Origin: an uncultured Gammaproteobacteria bacterium
GTDB taxonomy: Bacteria > Patescibacteriota > Microgenomatia > Levybacterales > GWA1-39-11
DNA length: 64,000 bases
NCBI GenBank assembly: GCA_964452165.1
Contig: CAYVKP010000001.1
Span: forward strand, 332,110 to 396,109
Reading direction: 5' to 3'
The position numbers and the translations under genes are program-made. The notes under the pieces were generated by a model. It saw only the letters and a list, made by a program, of their open reading frames with translations. It made no database searches and was not told the origin of the DNA. Below are positions 17,579-27,452 of the stretch, one piece after another; position 1 is the first letter of the stretch, and each line of letters begins with the position of its first letter.

Positions 17579-18616
17579 ATGGTTGGGAAATTAATACTTG
17601 AAGACGGAACAAAACTGGATGGTAAAAGTTTTGGTGCAAATACCTCACGCGCCGGAGAGGCTGTTTTTTCAACCGGTATGACCGGATATCCAGAAAGCCT
17701 GACAGACCCGTCTTACCGTGGCCAAATTCTAATTTTAACTTACCCCCTGGTAGGAAATTATGGAGTTCCTGCTCGCATTTTTTGGGAGTCGGGTAAAATT
17801 ATGGTCTCGGGTCTCGTTGTCTCAACCTACAATGATACTCCCTCACATTTTCAGAGCAAAAAGACTCTAGCACAATGGTTTAAAGATGAAAATGTTCCGT
17901 TGATTGAAATTAAAGATACACGTGCCTTGACTCAAAAGATAAGAAGCAAAGGTGCAATGCTCGGAAAAATAATTCTTGAGAAAGACGTTCCTTTTTATGA
18001 CCCTAATAAAGAAAATTTGGTGGATCAAGTTTCGACTAAAAAAGTTGAGAAAAGTTTGGGAAAAAGCAAAAAAACCGTAGTGCTCATAGATTGTGGCGCA
18101 AAGGACAACATTAGGCGAGAGCTTTTGAAAAGAGATGTGAGTGTTATTACTGTCCCATGGGATTTTGATCCGCTAGCAGGGACAATCGGAAAGTTTGATG
18201 GTGTGGTCGTCTCAAATGGTCCGGGAGATCCAAAACTTGCGGATAAAACGATCGAAAACATTAAGAAAATACTCGGCCGCAAGATTCCCACACTTGGTAT
18301 TTGTCTCGGACATCAGTTGTTAACGCTTGCAGCAGGAGGAGACACTCAAAAACTAAAGTATGGGCATCGAAGTCAAAACCAACCTTGTATTATGGAAGGG
18401 TCGCCTCGCTGTTATATTACAACTCAAAACCACGGCTTTGCCGTCTCAAAAATTCCGAGCGGTTTTAAGGCCTGGTTTACAAACGCCAATGACAATACAA
18501 ATGAGGGAATAATTCATAAAACCCTTCCTTTCATGTCCGTTCAATTTCACCCCGAAGCAACACCGGGTCCAGTAGATACAGATTGGATATTTGACTATTT
18601 CTTGGAAAAGATATGA
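17579..18616 (+). CDS. carA: carbamoyl-phosphate synthase small subunit
   Basis: Motifs GYPESLTDPSY, SNGPGDP, GICLGHQ and QFHPE. Confidence 0.96.
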   Translation: MVGKLILEDGTKLDGKSFGANTSRAGEAVFSTGMTGYPESLTDPSYRGQILILTYPLVGNYGVPARIFWESGKIMVSGLVVSTYNDTPSHFQSKKTLAQWFKDENVPLIEIKDTRALTQKIRSKGAMLGKIILEKDVPFYDPNKENLVDQVSTKKVEKSLGKSKKTVVLIDCGAKDNIRRELLKRDVSVITVPWDFDPLAGTIGKFDGVVVSNGPGDPKLADKTIENIKKILGRKIPTLGICLGHQLLTLAAGGDTQKLKYGHRSQNQPCIMEGSPRCYITTQNHGFAVSKIPSGFKAWFTNANDNTNEGIIHKTLPFMSVQFHPEATPGPVDTDWIFDYFLEKI

Positions 18617-18975
18617 AAAAGAGGACAATAAAAACCGTGGTGATTATAGTTCTTGTTTCTATTGTAGTGTTGATGTTCTGGTCAGCTTACGTTGGCAATT
18701 TCGAATCAGTTGCACAATTTAATACGGAATTTACGAAAAGTTTTTCAAATGAAAAGTTCGAAAAGGTAAAAGTAGGAATGACAGAAAAGGAAGTTAAGAC
18801 TATGCTCGGTGAGCCGTTCGAAACAAAGAATAATTGGTTATATTATTCAAAATCCAAGCCATCGAATCAGGTTTTTCCTCCTTTCGCGGGCGACTGGTGG
18901 TGGGTAAATGCACTAATTATTCTTGATGAACACGGAAAGGTTAAGGGCAAAGCTTTAAACAGGTTTTTTAATTGA
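18613..18975 (+). CDS. membrane-anchored SmpA/BamE-like domain protein inserted between carA and carB
   Basis: N-terminal TM helix; motif FEKVKVGMTEKEVKTMLGEP...WLYY. Confidence 0.6.
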   Translation: MKKRTIKTVVIIVLVSIVVLMFWSAYVGNFESVAQFNTEFTKSFSNEKFEKVKVGMTEKEVKTMLGEPFETKNNWLYYSKSKPSNQVFPPFAGDWWWVNALIILDEHGKVKGKALNRFFN

Positions 18976-18977
18976 AT

Positions 18978-21900
18978 ATGAAAAAGTTCAAGAAAGTTTT
19001 AGTTTTAGGTTCGGGAGCTTTAAAAATTGGTGAGGCAGGAGAGTTTGACTACTCCGGGTCTCAAGCAATTAAGGCTTTGAAAGAAGAAGGAATAAAAACC
19101 GTTCTTGTAAATCCGAATATTGCGACTATACAAACATCAAGATTTCTTGCAGATACGGTTTATTTTCTTCCTGTAAACGAAACATTTGTAGAAAAAATTA
19201 TTAAAAAGGAAAAACCGGACGGAATACTTCTTTCTTTTGGCGGCCAAACTGCTTTAAATTGCGGTATATCACTTTTCAAAAAAGGAGTTTTTGCTAAATA
19301 CAACGTTGAGGTTTTGGGAAGCCCCGTATCGACAATTGAGCTTGCAGAAGACAGGGAAAAATTCGCAAATCATCTTAGAGAAATGGGAATTGTTACTCCT
19401 GAGAGCAAAACGGCAGCCAATCCCCGCGAAGCGCAAAAAATAGCAGAAGACTTGGGGTTTCCGGTTATGATCCGTTCGGGGTTTGCATTGGGTGGACAGG
19501 GCTCGGGAATTGCAACAAATAAAGAGGAGTTAGCAAAAATTACTTCAGCAGCTTTTTCATTTGTAACTCAAGTTTTGATAGAAAAATATTTACACCATTT
19601 CAAAGAAGTTGAGTACGAAGTAGTTCGTGATAAAAATGATAATTGCATAACTGTCTGCAATATGGAGAATATGGATCCCCTTGGTATTCACACGGGCGAA
19701 TCGATTGTTGTTGCTCCCAGTCAGACTCTGACAAATTATGAATATCATGCGCTTCGCAACATATCGATTAAACTCGTTCGCAGCCTGAACATAGTCGGAG
19801 AGTGTAACGTACAGTTTGCTTTGAATCCAAATCCAAAAAACGGTTCGACCCTGGATTATTATGTTATCGAGCTAAACCCGAGACTCTCAAGAAGTTCGGC
19901 CCTGGCAAGTAAGGCTACCGGTTATCCCCTAGCATACGTTGCTGCAAAACTTGCCTTGGGTAAATCGTTGACTGAGTTGACAAATAAAGTTACCGGTGTA
20001 ACTCAGGCATGTTTTGAACCGGCCCTGGATTATGTGACAGTTAAGATACCGCGCTGGGATATTAATAAATTCAAGCGCGCCCAAGACTTGATTGGTAGCA
20101 GTATGAAATCAGTAGGCGAAGTCATGGGGATTGGAAGAAATTTTGAAGAGGCATATCAGAAAGCGATAAGAATGCTTGATCTTGATTTTGAGGGGGCAGT
20201 TAAAGACAACGGCTTCAATGGAGAATTAGACTCGTTACTTGCGTATCCGACACCCAACAGGATGTTTGCAATATCAAGAGCATTTTATAAAAATTATTCT
20301 GTCAAAAGAATAAGCGAGCTGACCGGAATTGACCCTTGGTTTATTGAAAGAGTAAAAAATATTGTTGAATGCGAAAAAGAACTATTGAAAACTAAAAAGC
20401 TTGACCCTGATTCACTTAGAAAGTTAAAAGAACTCGGGTTTTCAGACAAAAGAATAGGAATTTTAGTCGGGAAAAAAGGGCTTGAGATTCGCAAATTGAG
20501 GAAAAAATATAAAATTCTTCCTTCCGTTTTTCAAATTGATACTCTTGCCGGGGAATTTCCCGCTCAAACAAATTATTTGTATATGACCTATGGAGGAAGC
20601 CATAACGATGTCACACCATTGAGAAGCGCAGCCGTGGTTGTCTTAGGCTCAGGGCCTTATAGAATAGGTTCTTCAGTTGAATTTGATTGGACATGTGTAA
20701 ATACTGCTCTGTCTCTTGCCGATAATAAGAAGAAATCAATAATAGTCAATTGTAATCCGGAGACAGTTTCTACAGACTACGACATTTCAGACAGACTTTA
20801 TTTTGAAGAATTGACGTTTGAAAGAATTGCGGATATCTATGATTTTGAAAATCCTTATGGAATTGTAGTATCTGTTGGCGGTCAAACCCCAAATAATCGA
20901 GCTCGCGCTCTGGACGATTATGGATGTAATCTTCTTGGAACGAGCGCATACAATATAGATCGCGCTGAGGATAGAAATAAATTCTCAGCCCTTCTCGATT
21001 CACTTTCTATAGATCAGCCCTCCTGGTACAAATTTGCTGATATGGTAAATGCGATAGCTTTTGCCCGAAAAGTTGGATTCCCGGTTTTGGCGCGCCCGTC
21101 ATTTGTTCTCTCCGGGACGAATATGAAAGTATGTTACAACCCGCAAGACATAGAAGACTATCTTGGCACGGTGGTAATTTCAGAAGATAGCCCCGTTACC
21201 GTCTCAAAGTTTATAAAAGATGCAAAGGAAATTGAGGTCGATTGCGTCGCTCAAAAAGGTGAGATAAAAGCGTTTGTAATTTCAGAACATGTGGAGAATG
21301 CCGGAGTCCATTCAGGAGACGCGTCAATTCTTCTTCCTCCGCAAAAAATATATATGGAAACTCTTAGAAAACTTAAAAATATCGCTGTGGGTTTAGCAAA
21401 AGAGCTCAATGTAACAGGACCTTTTAATATCCAATGTCTTGCCAAAGACAACAACGTTTCCGTTATAGAGCTTAATCTGCGGTCTTCACGTACTTTTCCG
21501 TTTATCTCAAAAGTAACAGGTGTCAACTTTACAAAACTTGCAACAGATACATTCTTTAACAAAGATATTATGCCTCGTGACATTAACCTGCTTGACTACA
21601 ATTTTGTGGCAGCCAAAGCTGCTCAATTTTCATTTGCAAGATTAACGGGCGCAGATCCGGTTCTTGATGTTGAAATGGCTTCAACCGGTGAAGTTGCTTG
21701 TTTTGGATCCGATGCCGAGGAGGCATTTTTATTGGCAGAGTTATCAGTTGGAGGAAGAGTTCCAAAGAAGGGGATATTCATAAGTCTTGGTGGAGTCACA
21801 AACAAAGTTAAATTTTTGGAAAGTGCCCTAAGACTTTCTAAATTGAAAATACCTCTGTATGCGACAGATAAAACAGCCAATTATTTGTCTCGTAACGGTA

Positions 21901-22175
21901 TGAAAGTAAAAATGCTGAATAAAATTCACGAAGGAAAATCGCCAAATGTTTTGGATTATTTTGAACGTCAAGAAATTGATATGGCAATAAATATCACAGA
22001 CAATGGGATTAGAAAAGACGTTAATGATGATTATGATATTAGGCGTGCGGCAGTCGACAAAAACATTATGCTTTTTACCAATTTGCAGAAAGCTGAGCTG
22101 TTTATTAAGGCAATTACCGAAAAGGATCTTGAGAAAATTGAAATAAAATCCTGGAACGAGTTCCGCAATAGCTGA
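18978..22175 (+). CDS. carB: carbamoyl-phosphate synthase large subunit
   Basis: Motifs GEFDYSGSQA, NPRLSRSSALASKATGYP and GSSVEFDW; two ATP-grasp halves and an MGS-like C-terminus. Confidence 0.96.
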   Translation: MKKFKKVLVLGSGALKIGEAGEFDYSGSQAIKALKEEGIKTVLVNPNIATIQTSRFLADTVYFLPVNETFVEKIIKKEKPDGILLSFGGQTALNCGISLFKKGVFAKYNVEVLGSPVSTIELAEDREKFANHLREMGIVTPESKTAANPREAQKIAEDLGFPVMIRSGFALGGQGSGIATNKEELAKITSAAFSFVTQVLIEKYLHHFKEVEYEVVRDKNDNCITVCNMENMDPLGIHTGESIVVAPSQTLTNYEYHALRNISIKLVRSLNIVGECNVQFALNPNPKNGSTLDYYVIELNPRLSRSSALASKATGYPLAYVAAKLALGKSLTELTNKVTGVTQACFEPALDYVTVKIPRWDINKFKRAQDLIGSSMKSVGEVMGIGRNFEEAYQKAIRMLDLDFEGAVKDNGFNGELDSLLAYPTPNRMFAISRAFYKNYSVKRISELTGIDPWFIERVKNIVECEKELLKTKKLDPDSLRKLKELGFSDKRIGILVGKKGLEIRKLRKKYKILPSVFQIDTLAGEFPAQTNYLYMTYGGSHNDVTPLRSAAVVVLGSGPYRIGSSVEFDWTCVNTALSLADNKKKSIIVNCNPETVSTDYDISDRLYFEELTFERIADIYDFENPYGIVVSVGGQTPNNRARALDDYGCNLLGTSAYNIDRAEDRNKFSALLDSLSIDQPSWYKFADMVNAIAFARKVGFPVLARPSFVLSGTNMKVCYNPQDIEDYLGTVVISEDSPVTVSKFIKDAKEIEVDCVAQKGEIKAFVISEHVENAGVHSGDASILLPPQKIYMETLRKLKNIAVGLAKELNVTGPFNIQCLAKDNNVSVIELNLRSSRTFPFISKVTGVNFTKLATDTFFNKDIMPRDINLLDYNFVAAKAAQFSFARLTGADPVLDVEMASTGEVACFGSDAEEAFLLAELSVGGRVPKKGIFISLGGVTNKVKFLESALRLSKLKIPLYATDKTANYLSRNGMKVKMLNKIHEGKSPNVLDYFERQEIDMAINITDNGIRKDVNDDYDIRRAAVDKNIMLFTNLQKAELFIKAITEKDLEKIEIKSWNEFRNS

Positions 22176-22178
22176 GTC

Positions 22179-22232
22179 TTTACTATCCTCTTACTCCCTG
22201 TTTGTGTGGTTCTAACACTCAAGCAATAAACT
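22179..22232 (+). promoter_or_regulatory. tandem TTTAC/CTTAC box plus -10 element
   Basis: TTTAC at 22179, CTTAC at 22190, TAAACT at 22227. Confidence 0.55.
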
Positions 22233-22239
22233 GTTTTAT

Positions 22240-22941
22240 ATGGAAAATAGGAGCTCTAAGTATTTGGCTTTGGGACTTTTATTCTTGGTTATTGGCGGTG
22301 TAATGGGGTGGATCCTGGGATCAAACTACATGCAAAGCCAAGGACAGCTGATCTCAGGCACTGTGCCGGGAATTGGTGGAGGGCCTGGCGAGGTTGTACA
22401 AGAAACTTCAAAAGCATCAGATTTTAGAGTGAAAGTAAGTTCTGCCATTCATGAACACGCAGTTGTTACCGGCGATTATTTGAAGGCGATTATCGATGGA
22501 AAAGATACAACTGCACTAAAATCTGCTCTTGATAAAAACACAAATAATATTACTGGAATTTTTGAAAATCTGTATGGAAATAAGGTTACAAGCGATTTCT
22601 TACCCATGTGGAATGATCATATAAATCAGTACGTAGCCTATGCAAAAGCTGTAAAAATTGGCGATGAAAAAAGTAAAAATAGAGCAAAAGACAATCTTGG
22701 AGTGATGGTAGACCAGATGCAGAATAGTATTCAAAATCTTGATCCCAAAATTTCCGCTGGACAGTTCGCAGATTACATGCGCGAGCACGTTGCGGGTACG
22801 CTCCTTCTAATAGATGCCCACGCTGTTAAAAATGATAGCCAGGTAGCTCAGCTTGAAACAAATAATTTTGATCAAGCAGGAAGATTCGCAGACTACATTA
22901 CTCAGGTTATAGTTTCCCACGACCCAAACAGTTTCAAGTAG
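22240..22941 (+). CDS. membrane-anchored helical-bundle protein with conserved His motifs
   Basis: N-terminal TM helix, a PGIGGGP linker, and the motifs HEH, WNDH and REH. Confidence 0.7.
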   Translation: MENRSSKYLALGLLFLVIGGVMGWILGSNYMQSQGQLISGTVPGIGGGPGEVVQETSKASDFRVKVSSAIHEHAVVTGDYLKAIIDGKDTTALKSALDKNTNNITGIFENLYGNKVTSDFLPMWNDHINQYVAYAKAVKIGDEKSKNRAKDNLGVMVDQMQNSIQNLDPKISAGQFADYMREHVAGTLLLIDAHAVKNDSQVAQLETNNFDQAGRFADYITQVIVSHDPNSFK

Positions 22942-22989
22942 TAAACCTGCCTAAGTTTATTTACGGCCAAAAAGTTGTATACTACTTTT

Positions 22990-25287
22990 ATGCAAGCAAT
23001 TGTAGATTTTTTGGTGACAGGAGCATTTATCGTCCTGCAGTTAATAGTTGTTGCTATTATTGTTCCGCTCACTTTATTTATCCTTTGGAAAATCATCAAA
23101 AAAATTCTCTTCCAGCAAGAGCTAACCAAAAAGGCACAAGAACATGGAAATGCAATATTCCGAATAAAAATTCCTCCCAGTAACGAACAAAAAGAGGACG
23201 CAATGGAGGCGTTCCTGAGATCTGTTCACAGGCTTTTACCTACGGGTAGCTCTGTGAGCCTTGAAATGGCCTCCTCAGAACAGTTTATGAGTTTTTATAT
23301 AGTTCTTCCTAAAAGTTATAAAAACATAATAGAATCTCAAATTTATGCCCAATTTCCCGATGCCGAAATTGAAGAAACGAAAGATTATTTTTCTCCAAGT
23401 CCGGGTACTGCAGCAGTAGAGTTAACTTTTAAAAAATCGAGCGTTTTCTCACTTAATACCTATAAAAATATCGAGGAGGATTTATTGAAGAATCTATCAG
23501 CCGTATTGTCAAAAACGGGAACGGGAGAAAAAGTTTTTATACAAATGGCGCTCAAACGCACCGGATCCAAATTTTGGGAGAGAGGTATAGTTGGATTTTT
23601 ATACAAAATATCGGGTAGAGCAAATGAAAAAACGGATTCAAAGTTTGAGTCCGATATATATTTTGGAAAACTAAGGATTGCATATCAAGCTCCGGATCAG
23701 ACAACAGCGGTGACCAAACTTTCAATAATCGCAAATCTTTTTAAAATTCTAAAAGGGCCAACAAATGAACTTAAGAAAGTTCGCTACGCAGATTTGCTTA
23801 AAGCTTACGCTGCAAGAATTTTTGAAAATGGGGATTTTTGGTCAATTCCAGAGATTGCCACGGTTTATCACTTTCAATATAAAGGTTCGGTGGTATCAAA
23901 TGTTGTAAACACAACAAGCAAGAGAGCGCCGGCCCCTGACATATTGCCGCGTGAGGGAAGTGTTCCATCATCTCAAATATCAATTTTTGGTGAAACAAAC
24001 TACAGGAACGAAGGAAAAAGATTCGGACTGAAAAGACTTGATAGGAGAAGACATTTATATGTTGTAGGAAAAACGGGAAGTGGTAAAAGCCGATTGCTCC
24101 AACTCCTTTTGGTGTCAGATATCCAGAATGGACAAGGGTGTTGCTTGCTTGACCCTCATGGAGATCTTGCTCAGGAATTATTAAAATACGTCCCTCAGAA
24201 TAGAATTAAAGACGTTGTTTATGTAGATCCTTCAGATCGCGACTTTCCAATTGCCTTCAATCCCTTAGAGCCGGTGAGAGATTCTGAAATGAGACAGCAC
24301 CTGGCAACTTTCTTTATCGCGATCTTTAAGAAACAGTTTGAATCAAATTGGAATTCACGAATGGAGCATATAATTCGCTATATTACCTTAGCGCTTCTTG
24401 AAACTCCCGATTCAAACGTTTTAGGAATCCCTAGAATTTTATCTGATACCACTTTTCGCCAGCGGGTTATAAAACAAATACAAGATCCGGTTGTCAAAAG
24501 TTTTTGGGTAAATGAATTTTCATCTTGGAATGAAAGATTCTCAAATGACGCCGTCATTCCAATCCTCAATAAGGTTGGACAGTTTGTTTCAAATCCCATA
24601 ATTCGCAATATGGTTGGCCAAAGTAAAAATGTACTAGATTTCAGCAAATTTATGGACCAGGGTAAAATAGTATTGCTCAATATTTCAAAAGGAAAACTGG
24701 GAGACGAGAATGCTGCATTCTTAGGGTCTATGTTTATTACTAAAATTCAACAAGCAGCATTGGCCCGATCAAAAATGAAGGAAGAAGAGAGACGCGATTT
24801 TTATTTTTATGTTGATGAATTTCAAAATTTCGCAACTGATGCTTTTTCTTCAATTCTTTCCGAGGCAAGAAAATATCATTTGGACTTAACGATTGCTCAT
24901 CAGTACATTGCTCAACTTCCGGATGACGTTAAGGCAACTGCTTTTGGAAATGTCGGTACAATAATATCTTTTGCAATTGGTGGTGACGACGCAGCTTATT
25001 TGGAGCATGAGTTTGCCCCAACTTTTTCAGCAGAAGACATGATAAATCTTAATGTCCGCGAAATGTATATAAAGATGTCTATTGACGGAAGATTGTCTCC
25101 TCCGTTTTCTGCAAAAACCATTGATATTCCAAAGGCTGGAACCAATTATTCTGAGGAGATTATGCGTCAGTCAAGAACAACTTTTGGAAGCAATAGAACT
25201 GCCGTTGAAAACGATATCAAGAACTGGAGTAGTTCGGCGGCCTCAATAGTAAACGATGAATCTGATTTTCCCGAACCTATAATTTAG
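22990..25287 (+). CDS. VirD4/TraG/HerA-like (DUF87) membrane-anchored ATPase
   Basis: N-terminal TM segment; Walker A GKTGSGKS, LDPHGD, Walker B YVDEFQNF and SEARKY. Confidence 0.85.
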   Translation: MQAIVDFLVTGAFIVLQLIVVAIIVPLTLFILWKIIKKILFQQELTKKAQEHGNAIFRIKIPPSNEQKEDAMEAFLRSVHRLLPTGSSVSLEMASSEQFMSFYIVLPKSYKNIIESQIYAQFPDAEIEETKDYFSPSPGTAAVELTFKKSSVFSLNTYKNIEEDLLKNLSAVLSKTGTGEKVFIQMALKRTGSKFWERGIVGFLYKISGRANEKTDSKFESDIYFGKLRIAYQAPDQTTAVTKLSIIANLFKILKGPTNELKKVRYADLLKAYAARIFENGDFWSIPEIATVYHFQYKGSVVSNVVNTTSKRAPAPDILPREGSVPSSQISIFGETNYRNEGKRFGLKRLDRRRHLYVVGKTGSGKSRLLQLLLVSDIQNGQGCCLLDPHGDLAQELLKYVPQNRIKDVVYVDPSDRDFPIAFNPLEPVRDSEMRQHLATFFIAIFKKQFESNWNSRMEHIIRYITLALLETPDSNVLGIPRILSDTTFRQRVIKQIQDPVVKSFWVNEFSSWNERFSNDAVIPILNKVGQFVSNPIIRNMVGQSKNVLDFSKFMDQGKIVLLNISKGKLGDENAAFLGSMFITKIQQAALARSKMKEEERRDFYFYVDEFQNFATDAFSSILSEARKYHLDLTIAHQYIAQLPDDVKATAFGNVGTIISFAIGGDDAAYLEHEFAPTFSAEDMINLNVREMYIKMSIDGRLSPPFSAKTIDIPKAGTNYSEEIMRQSRTTFGSNRTAVENDIKNWSSSAASIVNDESDFPEPII

Positions 25288-26204
25288 AAGGTTAAATTTC
25301 CCCAACCGAGGTTTTTATTTCGGAGATCTTCAAGGATTTGTGCGCTTATTTTCTCGTATTCTTCCTTCTCAAATTGTCGGTTTAGGATGCAATACTGTTT
25401 GTGTTCCAAGTTGACACAGCCTAGCGAATTCTTAACGTCCATGCAAGATAACAGATAAGAGCTTTCCTGACAATTTGATGACCAAATAACATAGTTTGAA
25501 TTAAACAGACCGCTTGAATCAACAAATTCATATGCAAGTTCCGATTCTCCGCTAAAAACCCCGTCGTAGGAATATTTGATACCACCACTATCAAATAAAT
25601 ACCCGCAGTTTTCATTGTTAGTTGCATCAAAGCACATGTAGCAATCTTTACTGGTGTAAACATAATTTCCGAAAGGCGAATTTTGGTTGCCGAATCCACG
25701 AGTTTGCGTAAACGGGTATCTTTTTTTTAGTTCATCGACCGTTGCAAGAATTTGAGCGGGCGGCAAGCTTTTATATTTTGTCACCTTTTGTTTATAGTCC
25801 TCTTCAGTAAGTTGTCTATTGAATATGCAAAATGACTTGCCTGTTAAATTTACGCAACCGAAGACGTCGTGACAATCTCTGCAGCCCGCACTAAAAGACG
25901 AGTCTCTGACATTAGAACAATATTCTAAAAAGTCGGAATTAAAACATGTTTTGGCGTCAACGCAATCATATAAAAGTTGAGAATCCGAACAGTAATCTAT
26001 ATCCATGCAGTTTACGCATCCAAAACCGTCAAAAGTGTAAGTGCAATCGGAAGACTTAACAGTATCAAAGCAGTAGAGCATATTTTTGCAATAATAAAGT
26101 TGGTCTCCATATTCGGCATTTTCAGAATTTAGTGTATGACTCATCCTTTTGGGGTGAGAATTTATGATGCGTTGCAGTTCGAGCAAAAATCCTTCGGCGG
26201 TCAT
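25284..26204 (-). CDS. Cys-rich repeat protein (CPR family)
   Basis: Many C-x(2-5)-C units. The module FGCVNL..FCIFNRQ is duplicated as LGCVNL..YCILNRQ. Confidence 0.75.
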   Translation of the reverse strand: MTAEGFLLELQRIINSHPKRMSHTLNSENAEYGDQLYYCKNMLYCFDTVKSSDCTYTFDGFGCVNCMDIDYCSDSQLLYDCVDAKTCFNSDFLEYCSNVRDSSFSAGCRDCHDVFGCVNLTGKSFCIFNRQLTEEDYKQKVTKYKSLPPAQILATVDELKKRYPFTQTRGFGNQNSPFGNYVYTSKDCYMCFDATNNENCGYLFDSGGIKYSYDGVFSGESELAYEFVDSSGLFNSNYVIWSSNCQESSYLLSCMDVKNSLGCVNLEHKQYCILNRQFEKEEYEKISAQILEDLRNKNLGWGNLTF

Positions 26205-26207
26205 GAT

Positions 26208-26516
26208 CTAATTTTCAGGAAGCGGATCAGTGATGATGGGATCATTTTCCATGAAATATTTATCAAAGTCTTCTTTGCAGTAAATTGGATTCTGCGCTTT
26301 TGCGGGATCAAACGCCACAATTATTTCTTTTCCGCATTTTTGACATTTGGTTTTATAAAGATTTCTTTCACTTCTCAGTGCAAGTCTTCGTGCCTGTCTA
26401 CAGGAAAAACATTGTGTAGGGTTGGGGAGTCCTTTATCTCGCAGAAATTTTTGTTCAGGATCTATTACTAAGAATTGTCTTCCACAGTTCGTACATGCTT
26501 GAGTAATTGCCGTCAT
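26208..26516 (-). CDS. zinc-ribbon domain protein
   Basis: CTNC..PTQCFSC..CQKC..YCKE. Confidence 0.8.
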   Translation of the reverse strand: MTAITQACTNCGRQFLVIDPEQKFLRDKGLPNPTQCFSCRQARRLALRSERNLYKTKCQKCGKEIIVAFDPAKAQNPIYCKEDFDKYFMENDPIITDPLPEN

Positions 26517-26570
26517 GCCTAAAGTATACTTTATTTGATTTTTTGCTTCAAGAGAGTTTAAATTAAATCA

Positions 26571-27449
26571 ATGGGCAAAAGTTCACCAGTTTACCATAAG
26601 CTTGCGGACCGTTGGGTTAAAAAACACAAAGACCTACAAGAAAAATTTTGGATAAAGCACGGTGATACAATTCATGATTTCGTCAATAACACAAGAAATT
26701 TTGCAGTGGGTTCTGTTTCGGCGTTAATGCTACTTTCAAGCCCCGCAGCCAGTCTTTTGCCCCCTTCAACTTCTCTATCAGTTCAAGAAAATCAGTTGCC
26801 AGCAGACAAGAGTGTTTTTCTGATCTCAGATCTTTCAAAAGTGGTTCCGCAAGAAGTTCGTCCTTTGACTACTGATGAGGAAAACTCGGTGTCGGAGGTT
26901 TTGTCCCGCAATTTTGGCTTCAAAGTCGCAGCGGAGCTTAGTGGAATTCGCCTAAACCGTTCTTACGGTTTGATTGGCGCAGAGCAACATCTTATGCGTT
27001 ATCCGGGCGATACTATGGATACACATTTCTCGCCGGACGGCTCAGGTGACCCTGCGACCGCAGGCTCCGGGATGGCGCCAGGACTTGGAGGATGGGGTTA
27101 CTTTGCTCCATCACGGGATGCGCTGACCTCCAAAGACTCCGATCGTGAAAAATATTACATAGCAGTACAAAGTTTTCTTGCTCCCGGATTTGCGGATCAC
27201 ACACGCGAATATATTACATTCTTTAAGTTCAGAAAAATGCTTGTGGTAAATCCCCAAAACGGGAAAGCTGTGGTAGCAGATATTGGAGATGCTGGACCCG
27301 CCGAATGGACAGGAAAGCATTTAGGGGGTTCGCCGGAGGTCATGAAGTATTTAGAGCGCTTCGACGGAGCGCAGAGAGGCCCGGTTCTTTACTATTTTAT
27401 CGATGACCCTAACGACACTGTTCCGCTTGGTCCCGTAAATGTAAAATAA
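26571..27449 (+). CDS. membrane-anchored protein with RlpA-like double-psi beta-barrel C-terminus
   Basis: KMLVVNPQNGKAVVADIGDAGP...GSPEVM resembles the DPBB V-x-D-x-GP motif. Confidence 0.55.
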   Translation: MGKSSPVYHKLADRWVKKHKDLQEKFWIKHGDTIHDFVNNTRNFAVGSVSALMLLSSPAASLLPPSTSLSVQENQLPADKSVFLISDLSKVVPQEVRPLTTDEENSVSEVLSRNFGFKVAAELSGIRLNRSYGLIGAEQHLMRYPGDTMDTHFSPDGSGDPATAGSGMAPGLGGWGYFAPSRDALTSKDSDREKYYIAVQSFLAPGFADHTREYITFFKFRKMLVVNPQNGKAVVADIGDAGPAEWTGKHLGGSPEVMKYLERFDGAQRGPVLYYFIDDPNDTVPLGPVNVK

Positions 27450-27452
27450 ATT

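Noticed and set aside
22990-25287. Conjugative element around the VirD4-like gene
   Set aside because: No relaxase, VirB4/VirB genes, integrase or att-like boundaries are present.
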